From: Chiloscyllium plagiosum | Taxonomy: Eukaryota | Length of the DNA stretch: 42,692 nt | NCBI RefSeq assembly: GCF_004010195.1 | Contig: NW_025214878.1 | Span: forward strand, 1 to 42,692 | Direction: 5' to 3' | Shown here: piece after piece, positions 11,715 to 26,147 of the stretch | Layout: every line of letters begins with the position of its first letter | Position numbering within the stretch: position 1 is the stretch's first letter | The notes under the pieces: generated by a model | Told to the model about the DNA's origin: nothing | The model's database searches: none | Seen by the model: only the letters and a program-made list of their open reading frames with translations | Program-made: the position numbers and the translations under genes

Positions 11715-12510
11715 ATCTCTGTAATATCCTCCAGTCCTGATATTTCTTCCTCTGTTTGGAATCTCCTCTTGTCAGTCTTTGTCTCTGTCAGGTTCTCCAG
11801 TCCCTAATACTAATTCCTAAACTTCTCCAGTAGATACTAAATTCCTTCATCCCAGTAAACCCCGACTGTCCTGTCTATCCCTGTAAGCTCCTCCTACCAA
11901 TACCACCCTCCATGTCAATGTATTTGTCTTTAACCTCTCCATCGGTCCCTACCTATGTAATCTTCTCCAGCTCCTACAACCCTTCCTTAGCTATGAAAAA
12001 ATTATAATCTTCTTATCTTTCTCCAATTCTTTGATCTTTATCTTGTTAAATTTCACCCTCAGTCCTGACACTATACCCCTCCCGACCAGAGGAACCTCTT
12101 TCAGTTTGTGTAACCCTCCCTATCTGTGTAACTGTCTCCAACCCAGTAACCTGGCATTCTCTATTGACTTCCTATCTCTGTAGCCTCCAGAGCCTAGAAG
12201 CCGCCTTATATCTGTAAACGTCTTCAGTCACGACAACCTTCCGTATCTCTTATTATACACAATACTCTCCTAGATTAAACAGCTCCCTGTGTGCCTCTCA
12301 GCCTGCCTAACTCTTCCTTTCACCATCCCTATCCCTATCTCCAGAATCTAATCCAGCTCCCTCTATCTGTGTAAATTCCTCCAATCCCCAAACCTCTTTG
12401 TCCCTCTGACGTTCTTGACCAGATATAACTCTGTTTAACTCTAACATCCTCGAGTCCCTGTAAGTCTCGGGTCTCTGTAACCTCTACGCATCTGTTCAAC
12501 ACCCCCCTCC
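11715..12510 (+). repeat. C/T-rich minisatellite block
   Basis: Repeated ccctccctatctgtgtaa and ctccagtcc variants; 12320-12490 is paralogous to 5823-5990. Confidence 0.75.
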
Positions 12511-12539
12511 CCCACTACTGAGGAATGACTCCCTGCATT

Positions 12540-13730
12540 CGCCATAAGGCAGATGGAATGACTGTGAACAGATATGTCTTTCTGGAGATTTAGCTGCAGA
12601 ATGACCATCGCTGGGAAGTGAATACTGAAGGTTTCTTGAAATAGAGTTGTAGAGTCAGAGAGATGTACAGCATGGAAACCGACCCTTCGGTCCAACCCAT
12701 CGATGCTGAGCAGATATCCCAACCCAATCTAGTCCCAATCGGCAGACTAGGCAAGAAGCCAACAAGTTGTGAAGGAAGGATGAGGATAAGGCATTAATGA
12801 GACAGTCATGTGGATCTGAATATGAAAAGTGGAGTGGAGAATAAACAAGCAGCAGCAACCGTTAGCAGGAATTCTTTTATAGGCACCAGACAGTGATGGG
12901 AATGTCAATATGGTTACAGTCAGGACACTGAATATACTTATGGCAAGGGCATTACAGTAACTGTGTGTGACAGTGGTCTCCATGCCGACTGATACAGCAA
13001 TTTGCCTGTTGGATTTAATTTGTTGGTGTGAATATAAATGGCAGAATTTTAAGGGTGTAGGAGGGATATAGTGGTATAGGGGATATGGTGCATTTGAATT
13101 ATCAGAAGCCTTTACGCAAGTTTCAATAAGGGCTAAAGAGTAACTTGGGAGAGAATAGGGTCCCTTAAAGAGCAATAAGGTCACCCATGTGTGGAACCAG
13201 AGGAGATGGGTGAGATATTAGACAAAATAGTCTTGTCAGTATTTACTGTGGCGAAAGACATGGAAGATTGGGAACGTGGGGAAATAAATAGTGATGTCTT
13301 AGAAAGAATCCTCACCAGAGAAGAGAAAGTGCTGGAATCTTACAACAAATCAAGGTAGATGAATCCTCAGTAGCTCATTAGGTCGATCCTAGAATATTGT
13401 AGGAAGCTAGGGAAGAGATTGCAGTGTCCCTTACAGAGATATGTATATTATCAACAGACACAGTGAGATGTTGGAAGACTGGTGGTTGGCTAATGCTGTT
13501 CCATCGCTTAAGGACTGCAGGAAAAAGCCAGGAAATTACAGCCCCGTGAGCCCAGTGATGGGGAAGTTGTTGGAGGAGATTTTGAGATAAAGGAGCTCCT
13601 TACAGCTACAAAGGCAAGGGCTAATTCGAGATGGGCAGCAGGGCTTTGTGAATGGAAAAACATGTTGCACAAACCGGATTGACTCTTCGAGGAAGTGACC
13701 AAAGATAGATGAAGGCAGAGCAGTCCTCTA
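12540..13730 (+). mobile_element. Old CR1 ORF2 mosaic, with a minus-strand CR1 3' tail inserted at ~12640-12750
   Basis: gagagaatagggtcccttaaag and gaagactggtggttggctaatg motifs; colinear with 6030-6280 and 7950-8450. Confidence 0.7.
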
Positions 13731-15885
13731 GTCAAGAGGAAGAAGGAAGCTTACTTAAGGTTGAGGAAGCAAGGCTGAGACAGGGCTCTAGAGAGTTACA
13801 TTGGATGGCACGGTGTCTCAGTGGTTAGCACTGCTACCTCATAGCACCATGGACTCCATTTCGATTACAGCCTCAGGCGACTGTCTGTGGGGTGTTTGCG
13901 CATTCTCCCTGTGGGTTTTCTCCAGGTGCTCCGGTTTCCCGCCACAGCCCAAAGATGTGCCAGTTTGGTGGCTTAGCCATGCTAAATTACCCATAATGTT
14001 CAGGGATGGGTAGGTTTGGCACATTAGTCAGGGCAAATGGAGAGTAATAGGGTGGGGGAATGGGGCTGGGTTGGATACTTTTGGAGGGTTGTAATGGAGT
14101 TCTTGGGTCAAATGGCCTGTTTCCACACTGTAGGGATGCTCTGAAGGTACCAGGAAGGAACCGAGAGATGGACTGAGGGCAACTAGAAGGGGGCATGAAA
14201 AAGCATTGTTGGGAAGGATTAAGGAAAACCGCGAGGCATTCTCAACTTATGCGACGAATAAGAGGATGGTCAGAGTGAGGATTGGGCCGGTCAGGGATAG
14301 TAGAAGGAACTTGTGCCTGGAGTCACAGGAGGTAGGGGAGGTCCTTAATGAATACTATGTCTCAGTATTCACTGCTGAGAAGTGTCTTGTCGTTTGTGAG
14401 GACAGCGTGAAACAGGCTGATGTACGTGAATAGGTGGATGTTAAGAAGGAGGATGTGTTGAGAATTTTGTAAAAGATAAGGATACGTAAGTCGCTGAACC
14501 AGACTGGATGCGTCCAAAGTTACTACAGGAACCGAGTGAGTGGATTGCTGCGCACCTGGTGATGACCTTTGCGCCCTCACTGTCCACTGGAGTCAGACCA
14601 GATGATTGGAGGCAGGAAAATATTATTCCCTTGTTCAGGAAAGGGAATAGAGATAATCCTGGGAATTGCACACCTGTCAGTCTTCTGTCTGTGGTGTGCA
14701 GATTACTGGAGAGGTCTCTGGGAGACAGGATTTATTATTCCTTTGGAAACCATAGTTTGATTAGAGATAGTCAGCATGGTTTTGTAATGGGCAGGTCATG
14801 CCTTAGAAGTCTTATTGAATCTATTGAGAATGTGACAAAACACCTTTATGGCTCATTCAGAAAGTACAGAGACATGGGGTACAGGGAAACCTGTCTGTCT
14901 GGATACAGGATTACTGGCCCACAGAAGACAGAGGGTGTTGATAGATGGAAAGCATTCATTCTGGAGCTCAGTCACCAGTGGTTTTCTGCAGGGAGTGGTT
15001 ACAGGACCTCTGCTCTTTGTGAGTTTATGAATGACTTCAATGTGTGAGTGGAAGAGTGGGTTAGTAAGTTTCCCAATGACACGAAGTTGATGGAATGGTG
15101 GATGGTGAGGAGGGCTGTTGTCGGCTGCAACAGGGCTTTGACAGGATGCAGAGCTGAGCTGAGAAGTGGCAGATGGAGTTCAATCTGGAAAAGCGTGAAG
15201 TTATTCATTTTGAAAGATTGAATGCAGAATGCAGGGTTAAAGGCAGGATCCTTTGCAGTGTGGAGGAACAGAGGGATCTTGAGTTCCAAGTCCCCAGATC
15301 CCTCAAAGTTGCCACCCGAGCTGATCGGCTTGTTAAGAAGGAATATATTGTGTGGGATTTCATTAGTTTGCGGTTGAGTTTTAAATCTGTGAGGTTATGC
15401 TTTAGCTCTATAGAGCCCTGGTTAGACCCCACTTTGAATATTGTGTTCAGTTTGGATCCCCTCATCACAGGAAGGATTTGGAAGCTTCAGAGAGGGTAAA
15501 GAGGAGATTTACCAGGATGCTGCCTGTAATGGAGGGCATGTCTTATGAAGAAAGGTTGAGGGAGCTAAGGCTTTTCTCATTGGAATGAAGAAGGGTGAGG
15601 GGTGACTTGGCAGAGGTGAACAAGGTGATGAGAGGCATAGTTAGAGTGAATAGAGAGAGTTTTTTTTTTTAACCATGACATAAATAGCTATTACAAGGGG
15701 GTATAATTTTCGGGTGATTAGCGGATGGTTAAGGGGAGATCTCAGAGGTAGGTTTGTAACATACAGAGTGGTGGCTGAGTGGTATGCACTGCCAGCGGTG
15801 GCAGTAAAATTAGATGCATTAGGGACATTTAATATACTTCTGGATAGGCACATGGATGATAATAAAATGAAGGGTATGGAAGTTC
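13730..15885 (+). mobile_element. 5'-truncated CR1 LINE ORF2, mutated, interrupted by a SINE
   Basis: IKENREAF, DWRQENIIPLFRKGNRDNPGN.PVSL, IRDSQHGFVMGRSCL, MEFNLEKREVIHF. Confidence 0.9.
13803..14143 (+). mobile_element. tRNA-derived HE1/V-SINE-type SINE
   Basis: Head ggcacggtgtctcagtggttagcactgct; V-domain ggtgctccggtttccc..ccaaagatgtgc; CR1-like tail ggcctgtttccacactgtag. Confidence 0.85.
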
Positions 15886-16705
15886 GAGTCATCGAGATGT
15901 AAAGCATAAAAATAGACACTTCAGTCCAACCCGTCCATGCGGACCAGATATCCCAACCCAACCTAGTCCCACCTGCGAGCACCCGGTCCATATTCCTCCA
16001 AACCCCATCCTATTCGTATACACATCCAAATACCTCTTAAATGTTGCAATTGTACGAGCCACTTCCTCTGGCAGCTCATTCCATACACGTATCACCCTCT
16101 GCATGAAAAAGTTGCCCCTTAGGTCTCTTTTATATCTTTCCCTTCTCATTCTAAACCTATGCCCTCTAGTTCTGGACTTCCAAACCCCAGGGAAAAGACT
16201 TTGTCTATTTACCCTATCCATACCCCTCATAATTTTGGAAACCTCTACAAGGTCACCCCTCAGCCTCCAACGCTGCAGGGAAATCAGCCCCAGCCTGTTC
16301 AGCCTCTCCCTGTGGCTCAAATCCTCCAACCCTGGCAACATCCTTGTAATTCTCTTCTGAACCCCTTCAAGTTTCCCAACATCTTTCTGACAGTAAGGAG
16401 ACAAAAATTGCATGCAAAATTACAACAGTGGCCTAACCAATGTGTTGTACAGTTGCAACATGACCTCCCAACTCCCGTACTCAATACTCTGACCAAAAAA
16501 GCGAAAGCATACCAAACGCCTTCTTCACTATCCTATCTACCTGCGACTCCACTTTCAAGTTGCTATGAACCTGCACTCTAAGGTCTCTTTGTTCAGCAAC
16601 ACACCCTAGGACCTTACCATTAAGTGTATAAGTCCTGCTAAGATTTGCTTTCCCATAATACAGCACCTCGCATTTATCTGAATTAAACTCTATCTGCCAC
16701 TTTTT
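15886..16705 (-). mobile_element. Young CR1 3' fragment, tail-to-tail with the preceding CR1
   Basis: 174-aa ORF with QFLSPY..KLEGVQKRITRMLPGL, LRGDLVEVSKIMRGMDR, FFMQRVIRVWNELPEEV. Confidence 0.92.
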
Positions 16706-16789
16706 TTTTTATCTTACCGTCAGATAAAAGATTGGCATATGATCATGGCCGAACGATCTTGTTCTGTACTGTTCTGTGTTCTGTGTCAT

Positions 16790-17385
16790 ATGGTAAACTG
16801 GGTAATAAGCTCAGATCAGTGTAAAAAGGTTATGACGTTCAGGAGAAGCTAGTCAACTGAACAGAAAATTGGCCTTGATGGTAGGAGACAGAGGGTGATG
16901 GGAGACATATTGTTTTTCTGACTGGAGGTATGTGACCAGTGGTGGAGTGGGTCCCATGTTGTTTGTCATTTCAATAAATGGTTTGGATGGGAATATTGTT
17001 AAGTAAGTTAAGTAAGTTGTTTGGGTGACACTGAAATTGGTGATAAACTGGACAGTGATGAAATTTATCTGTGATAAAACAGGATGAACAGTACTGCTGG
17101 GATAGTGGGCTGAAGAATAGCAGATGGAGTTTAATTAGATAAATGTGAAGTGTCCCATTTTGGTGAAACAACCCAGGGTGGGACTTGTACAGTTAATGTT
17201 CGGGCCCTGGGTAGTGTTGTCAGTCAGAGACCCAGGGATGCAGATACACAGTTCTTTGAATGTGGTGTCACAGGTAGACAGGCTGGTGAAGCAGGCATTT
17301 GGGATGGTTACCTTCATTGGGCAGAGCATTGAGAGTAGGAGTTGGGATGTCATGTCGTGGTGGACATTGGTGAGGCCACCATAAA
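16790..17385 (+). mobile_element. CR1 RT fragment (paralogous to ~9750-10265)
   Basis: atggagtttaattagataaatgtgaag; QVDRLVKQAFGM. Confidence 0.8.
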
Positions 17386-17399
17386 AGCATTGTTGATCA

Positions 17400-17570
17400 G
17401 TGGGAAGAACTCATCTGGTTCACTGACCTCCTTTTGTGTAGAACATCTGACATTCTAACCTGGCCTGGCTAACATGTGACTCCTGACCCACAGCAACATG
17501 GCTGACTCTGAGCTGTCCTCTGGGTAATTAGCAGTGACACCCACATCCCATGAAGGAATAAATAAAAATA
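17400..17570 (+). mobile_element. SacSINE/DeuSINE-like SINE 3' portion
   Basis: catctggttcactga...acatgtgactcctgacccacagcaacatggctgactct...cccacatcccatgaaggaataaataaaaa. Confidence 0.6.
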
Positions 17571-17964
17571 CATATGTCCCTCCCTACCTCTGCAAACACC
17601 TCCAGCTGCAGCAATTCAGACTGGCTTTGTAACACCGTTCAGGTCCTGACCACTCTCTGTCACACTCTCACCACCTCCAGCACCTTCACTTCTCCCTGTT
17701 CCGTTTGTGACATTAAACCCATACACTGATTCCTCTTCCCACTGCCCAACTCCTGCGAGCAGACCCTTTGCAATACCTTTAAAACTTACTCCTAAAACAA
17801 TCTCTCACTTCAGAATTTTAAGTACTTTTTTTGGTAATCTTCTAAGCCTCCTAATCAAATATGATACATTTTGTCCTGAGAGAGGGGCCGGTGGGAATTT
17901 CTTGCTGAGGTTTTGTCTGTTTCAATGGAATGTTCTTTTGTTGAGTGATTTACACTGTTCCTTC

Positions 17965-18970
17965 AAATGATTTCCACTGTTAATTTACAGGCTCATATTT
18001 CAGTCTGTTTCGCCTCTTTATCTTGGTCAGTTCTCCTCTCAAACCCATGTAATTGGCTGTTTTTGTTTCTAGTTGTAGCTTGTCCTTTCTGTGATTCACT
18101 TTAGAACTTTATATTTCTTTAAACTGCACTTTATCACATTTTCCCTGAGGATCTCTCCAGGTGACATTACTCATTCACTAAGTTTCATCACACAACGGCC
18201 GCTTTGAGATGGTTATGTCCCTAGCCAGTTGCACAATTTGTTATTCAAAGAAACACTGAAAAAAAATTCTCTGACCTCCTCTTCCAATATCACTGTTGTC
18301 AGTGTGACTGTCCCAGATTATGTGAATATTGAAATTTCCCAAAATTATCACACTGCGTTTGTTAAAAAAATCCAATGAGTTCCTGTTTAATGCAGTGATG
18401 AGCAATGAAATGCTGTTTGGTGGCTAAAACTGTTCTGCTGCTTGTGCCCTTTGCAAGTAGTAGCCAGAATTTACATTCGGACTGACTCTACTTCATGATC
18501 TGAGGCCAAACGCTTTCTCTGTAATACCTTTATTATCCATTATTGTTAGCGTTGCCCATTTTGCCTGAGTTTCCACAAGGTAGTGAACCATTGAATATTT
18601 ATGTTCCACCTTTTGTTCGCCCTGTAACCATGTCTCTCTGGTGTCTAAGTCTCTTTTATCTCTGTGTCACAAATCAATCTACCTTATTGAAGAGACATTA
18701 TCCATTCCAAAAAAACATAATTTACTCTTTCCCACAATTTCCTGTCACAAACCGATTCCCTGAAGGACAGTCTTAGTTAAACTCTGTCCCTTCCTGTTCC
18801 TTTCTGCTTGTCTTCAGCCAGATTCCTATGCTGCTCCCATACTTCACCTTTTCCGTTTGGATTTGGAAAGCTCCTTTCACCTGAACCCTGTCCCAGCATC
18901 CTCTCTGTCAGTTGGAAGCCCTGCCCCTAAACGTACCGACATGATTGGCCAGTACACTGGTCCCAGCACA
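17965..18970 (-). mobile_element. Ancient CR1 endonuclease-region fragment (paralog at 35305-36310)
   Basis: Colinear with the 35305-36310 copy, which reads GEIMFGDFNL on the minus strand (APE GDFN motif). Confidence 0.6.
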
Positions 18971-18999
18971 GTTCCAGTGGGACCATCTTAATGGATTAT

Positions 19000-19376
19000 T
19001 TTTTAAAATCAGGTATGGGCTGTGGGTGTCTCTGGCTGACCAGCCTTTCTTGCCCAGCTCTAGCTGCCTTCGAGCTGAGTTACTTGCTCGGCCATTTCAA
19101 AGGGTAATTGAGAGGCAAATATTTTGCTGTGGGTACGTCGTGCAGACCATGTGTGGATGAGCAGATGTCCTTATCTGAAGGACGGGTGTTTGTTTTTTTT
19201 TTGTACATCAGCAATGGTTTCATATTTATTTATGGCTTGTTAAATACTAATTTTAAAATTATTGATTTCAAATTCCACCATTTCTGATGGTGGGATTCAA
19301 ATCCACTTCCTCTGAATATTAGCTGAGGTTTTGGATACATGCTCTAGCAATAATACCACTCGGCCATCACTTCGCC
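19000..19376 (-). mobile_element. SacSINE/DeuSINE-like SINE (internally deleted paralog at 36316-36595)
   Basis: Reverse complement gives a tRNA-like head (atggccgagtggtatta...tttgaatcccacca), a Deu-like body and an A-rich tail. Confidence 0.6.
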
Positions 19377-19738
19377 TGCTCACTGGTTGCTCATCCCTGA
19401 GCACTGATACCAAGGCATCATGAAGCTAAACCCATTCTTCCAACATGACTGTGTGATCCTGAAGTCTTCCAGCACTCCAGTGATTTCACTCAGTCTCTCT
19501 CCATGTGGTATCCCTCACTGTGTGGATCTTATTGCCGCCTCTGTCAGCGCCTTCTGCTCTTGCAGTTATTGCAGATCCTGAGCCAACAGAATTCTCCACT
19601 CCAGAGAGATGCAAGAGCACAGGCCAGGGATGGAGTGGGATTTTACAGATGTCTTTGGGGCTCATTTCCATTCTCCATGTATAACCCTCACTGCATCAGT
19701 CTAATTTTCTATTCTGTCTATTTCTCTGTCTCCTGTAT

Positions 19739-19873
19739 GTATTTAGGAAGTTCCTGAATCAATAGACTTTCCAATTGCTGGGTGTGTCGTCCAACACCCC
19801 ATTGAGGATGATTGGTCAGCCAGAGAGACAAAAGGCAGGGAGATGTGGAGTCTTCAATACATCCTGCAGTGAG
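19739..19873 (+). other. Putative exon D (copy 2)
   Basis: Donor GTAAGA at 19874 is retained; the homologous acceptor is mutated (tgtAT), with an alternative tttAG ending 19746. Confidence 0.4.
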
Positions 19874-20399
19874 GTAAGATCACTCAGTGCACAGAGCAGG
19901 GAGCAATGAGAGGCCTCCTAATATTGCTAACAAGACATGATATAGATGCAGTGCTAGAGGGGGAGCACAATACAGTACAGACACACCCCTGGCTCAAACA
20001 GCACGTCTACATTAACTTACGTTGCACTGGGACAGCATGGGGAATTCATAGTTATCAACCAGGCCTATGGTATCTTAGCATCAGGACAACAGAGGGGAAA
20101 GCAGGCCTCCGATGAGAGGTTGGGAATGCTGCCTAGGATCTTTCTGTTCTGTGTTCTCCCTCCATCACTCTACTAAGACTCATTACTCTGCAACTCTTAA
20201 CCTATGGCATGGCTTGTGCACCAGTGTCTTCAGTCATTTTTAACTCCTGTAACAGTTCCTGTCCCTGTAACCTCCTCCCTTCCCGATAGTCCCTCCACAA
20301 ATTTGAAACGTACTGCATTTCAGACTACCATCCCCATTGCTGTAACTTGCTTCAGCGTCTACAACATGCTTTATTTCGGTACTGTAATCCTCTTTAGCT

Positions 20400-23300
20400 G
20401 GATACAGAGTGACACAGTGCAGAAACAGGAATCATCAATGCTGCCATGATGATTTCATATACTGAATGAGTCTCATTTGCCTGTGTTCGTCCCTTAGCTC
20501 TTCAAACCTTCCCCCCTCCATGTACCTTCCCAACTGTCTTTTCCATGTTGTCATTGTTCTTGTTTCTCCCATGTTCCCCTGGCAGTCTGTGCACCATCCT
20601 CTGTGGATAATGTTGCCCCTCAGCTCTCTCTTTATATCTTTGCTCTCTCATGTCCCGTTTGTACTCTCGAGTTTTGGACTCCCTTACCCTTGGCTATTCA
20701 CCATTCTTAGGCCCAATCCTTGTGGCACTCCACTGGTCACAGGTCTCCAGTCTGATAAGCAACACTCCACCACCATCCTCTGTCTTCTACCTTTTGAGCC
20801 AGTTCTGTATCCAAACGGCTAGTTCTTCCTGTATTCGGTGAGATCAAACCTTGCAAGTCAGTCTCCCATGGGGACACTTGTCGAACGCCTTGCTGAAGTC
20901 CATATAGTTCACATCTACTGCTCAGCCCTCATCAATCCTCTTTGTTACTTCTTCAAAAAACTCAATCAAGTTTGTGAGACACGATTTCCCACTCACAAAG
21001 CCATGTTGACTATTCCTAATCAGTCCTTGCCTTTTCACATACATGTACCATCCTGTCCTTCAGGATCCCCTCCAACAACTTGCCCACCGCCGAGGTCAGG
21101 CTCACCGGTCTATAGTTCTCTGGCTTGTCTTTACCACCCTTCTTAAACACGTTTGCCAATCTCCAGTCTTCCGCCACCTCACCTGCGATTATCGATGACA
21201 CAAATATCTCAGCATGAGTTCCAGTAATCACTTCTCGAGCTTCCCACAGAGTTCAAGGCTACACTTAATCAGGTCCTCGGAATGAACCCCCCTTTTATGC
21301 ATTTCAAGACATCCAACACTTGCTCCTCTGTAATATGGACATTTTGCAAGGTGTCACCATATATTTCCCTGCATTCTATAAGTTCCATATCCTTTTCCAC
21401 AGTAAAAACTGATGCAAAATACTCGTTTAGTATCTCTGTCTTTTAAACGTTGTAATTGTACCCACATCCACCTCTTCCTCAGGAAGTTCATTCCACAATC
21501 AAAACACCCTCTGTGTAACAATTTGCCCCCATGTGTTTTTTTTTTAACATCTCTCTCTTCTAACCTTAAAAATGTGGTCCTTCCTCTTGAGACTCCCCCA
21601 TCCGGCGGAAAAGGCAACTACCACTAAATCGATCTATAGACCTCATATTTTAAAATAACCTTTTATAACATCACGTCTCAACTTCCAGGCTCCAGTGAAA
21701 AAAGACTCAACCTATCCAGCCATTTTTCAGAACTCAAGCCTTCCATGTCCAGCAATGTCCTGGAAAATCTCTTCTGAATCCCTGAAGCTTAATAATATAC
21801 TCCCTATAACTGCACGACCAGAACTGGATGGAGTATTGCAAAACAGGCCTCACAAATACCTGCGTAATCTCAACATGACGTCCCAAATCCTCCACTCAAT
21901 GGACTGAGCAATAGTCAGGCATACAAAGCACTGTCTTATCCATCCTGTGATGCAAACTTCAAGAATTATGTACCTGAACCCGGAGGTCGCTGTGCTCTAA
22001 AACACTAACCGAGGCTAGTACATTAATTGTATAACCATGTATGTTTTACCAAGTGCATTACCTTGCATTTATTCAGATTGAATTCCATCTACAGTTTTTC
22101 AGCCCATTCACTCATCAAGATCATTTTGTAATCTCAAAAACCTCCTTCACTGTCCACTAAGCCACCCTCCAGCCTTTCCAGCACATCGCACATCGCTGTC
22201 AATGGTACAAATACCTTTGCTCGGGGCTCCACAATTCCTTCCCTAGCATCGCACAATGTCCTGTGATAAACTTAATCAGGTCCTGGGGCTTTCCATAGCT
22301 TTGTGTCTTAAAACCTCCAGCACCACCTCTTCTGTAACATGCACTCTACTCAAGTCATAGAGATGTACATCATGGAAACAGACCCTTTGGTTCAACTCGT
22401 CCATGCTGACCAGAAGACGTAAATAAATCCAACCCATTTACCAGCATTTGGCTCATGTACCTCTAAACCCTTATTATTCATATACCCTTGCAGATATCTC
22501 TTAAATGTTGTCATAGTATCAGTATCTGTTACTTTCTCTCTCATCTCATTCCATACACACATCACCGTGTGCATAAAAAGCTATCCCTTCAGTCCCTTTT
22601 AAACCTTTCCCCTTTAACCTTAAACCTGTGCACTCTAGTTTTGGACTCTCCAACCCCGAGAAAAGACCTTGAATGTTTACACAATCCATACCCCTCATGT
22701 TTATACAAACCTCTGTCAGGTCACCACTCAGTCTCCGGTACTCCAGGGAAAATAACCCCAGCTTATTCAGCAACAACCCTGGCAACATCTTGTAAATCTT
22801 TTCTGAGCACTTTCAAATTTCACAACATCCTTCCTATAGCGGGGATACTGGAATGCAGAAAACTCCAAATGTGGTCTAACATATTACTCTTGTTCCCTGA
22901 GTTCCCCAGTCGTTGTCTACAGTAAGTTCTGGAGTAAAAAAATGTGTTTAAGGTCTTAGTCATATCATATGGTTCCACACATCAATGGTCTCATTGATCT
23001 TGAAGGGACGCTACTTTGTTTCGAGTTACTCTTTTACTCAATATATTTATACAATCACTTTTGGATTCTCCTTATCATTCTCTGCCAAGGCTATTTCATG
23101 TACCCTTTCTGCAATCCTGATTTCCACCCAAAGTGTATTCCTACAGCCCCTGTATATCCTCAGNNNNNNNNNNNNNNNNNNNNNNNATTGACCTGCACAC
23201 AAACAGGAACATGCTGGTGGTGATCGCTCAATTTATCTCATGTTTAAAATATTCTCACTTGCCAAACTTCCCTTTCCCTGCAACTCGACTCACGTTTTGA

Positions 23301-25850
23301 AAGTTCCTGGCTAATAAGATCAAGATTGGTCTGGCCCCGTTTTATAACTTGAACTTGTGGACCAGGCCTGTCCTTTTCCATCGCTGTTTTCAAACTAATA
23401 GAACTGTGGTCACTTTGGCAAAATGCTTTCGCACTAATACCTCAGTCCCTTTTCAAACCTTGTTTCCAAAGGGGAGGTCAGGTTTTGCCCCTTTCTCTTC
23501 TCAGGCCATTTACATATTGATTGGCAATTTTCTGGAACACAATTACCAAATTCCTCCCTTGCAAACACTGAACACTGGCAGTCCCAGTCTCAGTTTGGTA
23601 AGTTTAAAAACCCCTACCATAACAGCCCTATTATTATGATTGATAATTGAGATCTCCCGATATATTTGTTCCTCAGACTGCCACAGATTATTCGGGGTTA
23701 GTGGGACAATCATGTCAGAGTGACGACCCATTCTTATTTCTCAGTTCCACTAACATAGCTTCACTGGGTGATCCCACAGGAATATCCACTCTACATACTG
23801 CTGGGATAATTCTTGCAATCAAAACCCACGACCACGCGTCCTCTCTTTCCTCCCCTTCAATGCTTCCTGTAGCATCTCTACCTTGAAACATTAGTAGCCA
23901 GTCCTGCCCCTCCCTCAGCTGTGTTTCTGTAATAAATATAATATCCCAGTCCCATGTTCCCATCCATGCCCTGAGTTCATCTGTCTGGCCTCTTTCATTG
24001 AAATAAATGCAGTTTAATAATCAGTTTTTCCACATTCCCTGCGATGTTCTTGCCTGTCTTGGCTGTGGAATGTTCTCTCTTTAACTTGTGCACTGGCCTC
24101 AATCTTCTTTCTGGCTTTACGGCTGTTTAAGGTCCAACATCCTGCCAGTTAAGTTTATATCCTCTCAAACAATTCACCCAACCAGGGTATGGGTCACCCT
24201 CCCGCTCCCGGTTCAGGTGCCTTTCCCACCCTATCTCCCTGTGTTGACACCTTCAGGGATCAAGGCACCTGTCCACGAAGGTCCCTGTGTTCCTCAATAC
24301 TCCACAAGGATCGTGCATTCATTATGTCTACCCTTCGCTTATCATACCTCCCACAGGGTATGACCTTACATTGATCAGAACTAAACTCTGCTCAGATTAT
24401 CATCTGATTGTCATCAAACTGTATCTAGAGACCATCCACCCTCACTGTGAACAATACCCTCACATTCCATGTCATCTGCAAACCGACTAATGATGCCTTC
24501 TGCTTTCACATCGGAGTTATTATTCCACAGAATAACCAGCAATGGTCCCTGCACATACCCCTGTGGTACAACCGCTGGTGAAAGAATTTCAAACACGAAG
24601 TTTATACTCCAATTTTGTATCCAAATTACCAACTTGCCTTGAATCCCGTGGGCTGTTCCCTTTTGGATCAGCCTTCCACTTGGGACCTTGTCAAAGGCCT
24701 TATTCAGGTGCATGTAAACCATATAATCTGCACTGCCCTCCTCAATATTTTGAGAGACCAACTCAAAAAACACAACTGAATTCTGAGGCGGTATCTTCCT
24801 CTACCATATCCGTGATTTCGAGGCCGAGTTGACCTTTGCCTTTGCAAGTGTTGATTCATCCACAGAATATTTTCCAATAATGTCCCCCCCCTGCTGTCAG
24901 ACTATCTGCTCTGTAATTATCTGGCCTATGCCTGCTGCCCTTCTTGAACAAAGGAACCACATTAGCGATCCTCCAGTCATTCGGCACTTCACCTGTGTCC
25001 AGCAAAGTATCCACCAGGGCGCCAGCAATCTCCTCCCTTACTTCCCATAGCAGCCCAGAATATATTTCATTGGGTACTGAGGGTTTATCCACCTTTATGC
25101 TTGTGAAAGCGTTTAATACCTCCTCTTTATTGGTCGTCACATGTTCGAGAACCTCACCATCCTCGACTGAAATCCCTGGCTAAAATGCCTTTCTCCTGTG
25201 TGAATAAGGACAGGAGGTATTCATTGAAGACCTCACCTACTTCCTCTGGCTCCATGTAAAGATTGTTCCTTTGGTTTCTAACAGGCGCAACCCTCTAACT
25301 ATACTGATAAATACCTCGTGGCCTTTCCTTAACAGTATCTGCCAAGGATATTTCATGTCCATTCTTTGACCCTCAATTTGAAGGACCCCATTGCATGTTC
25401 TATACATTTGAAGGGCCTCGCCTGTTTTCATCACAGTGTGCGTTCTTTATCAGGATCACGACATCGCTTGATCAGTATTCGCTGGAGTTACTGCGTTTGA
25501 CATTCATTCGTCGGGGACCATCCCGGACCTGAATTCTCACCGTATCACTTTAACATACTTCCTTTTTCCAAATATGAGCCCAACTGCAGATAGTTCCTCC
25601 CAGTCTGTGTTTGCCCGGTGCTGTATCATGATCGTGACAATGCCCAGTGACAGAGATATTCTAACAATTAGGGGGCTTCCCCAAATTTGGAATCTTCACT
25701 TCTGCGCTATCCTTATCTCTTTCCAAAATGACTCTGACACTTAATGTTATGTCCACTATCCCCAAAACGCTACAAAAATCATTGTGTGTCATCTTGCCCA
25801 CAATGTCTGTAAGTTCCAGCCCTTACCGAGGGCTCCAAACATCGGGTAAC
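20400..25850 (-). mobile_element. Cluster of nested CR1 fragments, essentially all minus strand (small N gap at 23164-23186)
   Basis: EDWRLANVFKKGGKDKPENYRPVSLTSAVGKLL (21016-21231); WDIIFITETQL (23715-23963); MHLNKAFDKVP..VPQG..SRFADD (24414-24773); NDWRIANVVPLFKKG (24856-25140). Confidence 0.88.
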
Positions 25851-26147
25851 AAGACATGATATCGATACAGTGTTGGAGGGAGTGCTCAGTACAGACACAC
25901 CCAAAGGCTAAATCACCACTCCTACTGTAAATTATGTTGTACTAAGACTCACTACTATGCAACACTCTATCTGCAGCATGTCTTGTGGACCAGTATCTTC
26001 AATAGTTTGTATCAACTATAACAGTTCCATTCCCTATAACCTCCTCCCTTCCTGATAGACGGTACACATATTTGAAATATGCTGCATTCCAGACGACCAT
26101 CCCTATCGCTGTAACTTGTTTCAGTGCCTCTTACATGCCTTATCTCG

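Noticed and set aside
18393..18505. C/D box snoRNA (gtgatga...ctga)
   Set aside because: Lies in an old CR1 fragment; the paralog near 35720 has gggatga and there is no terminal stem
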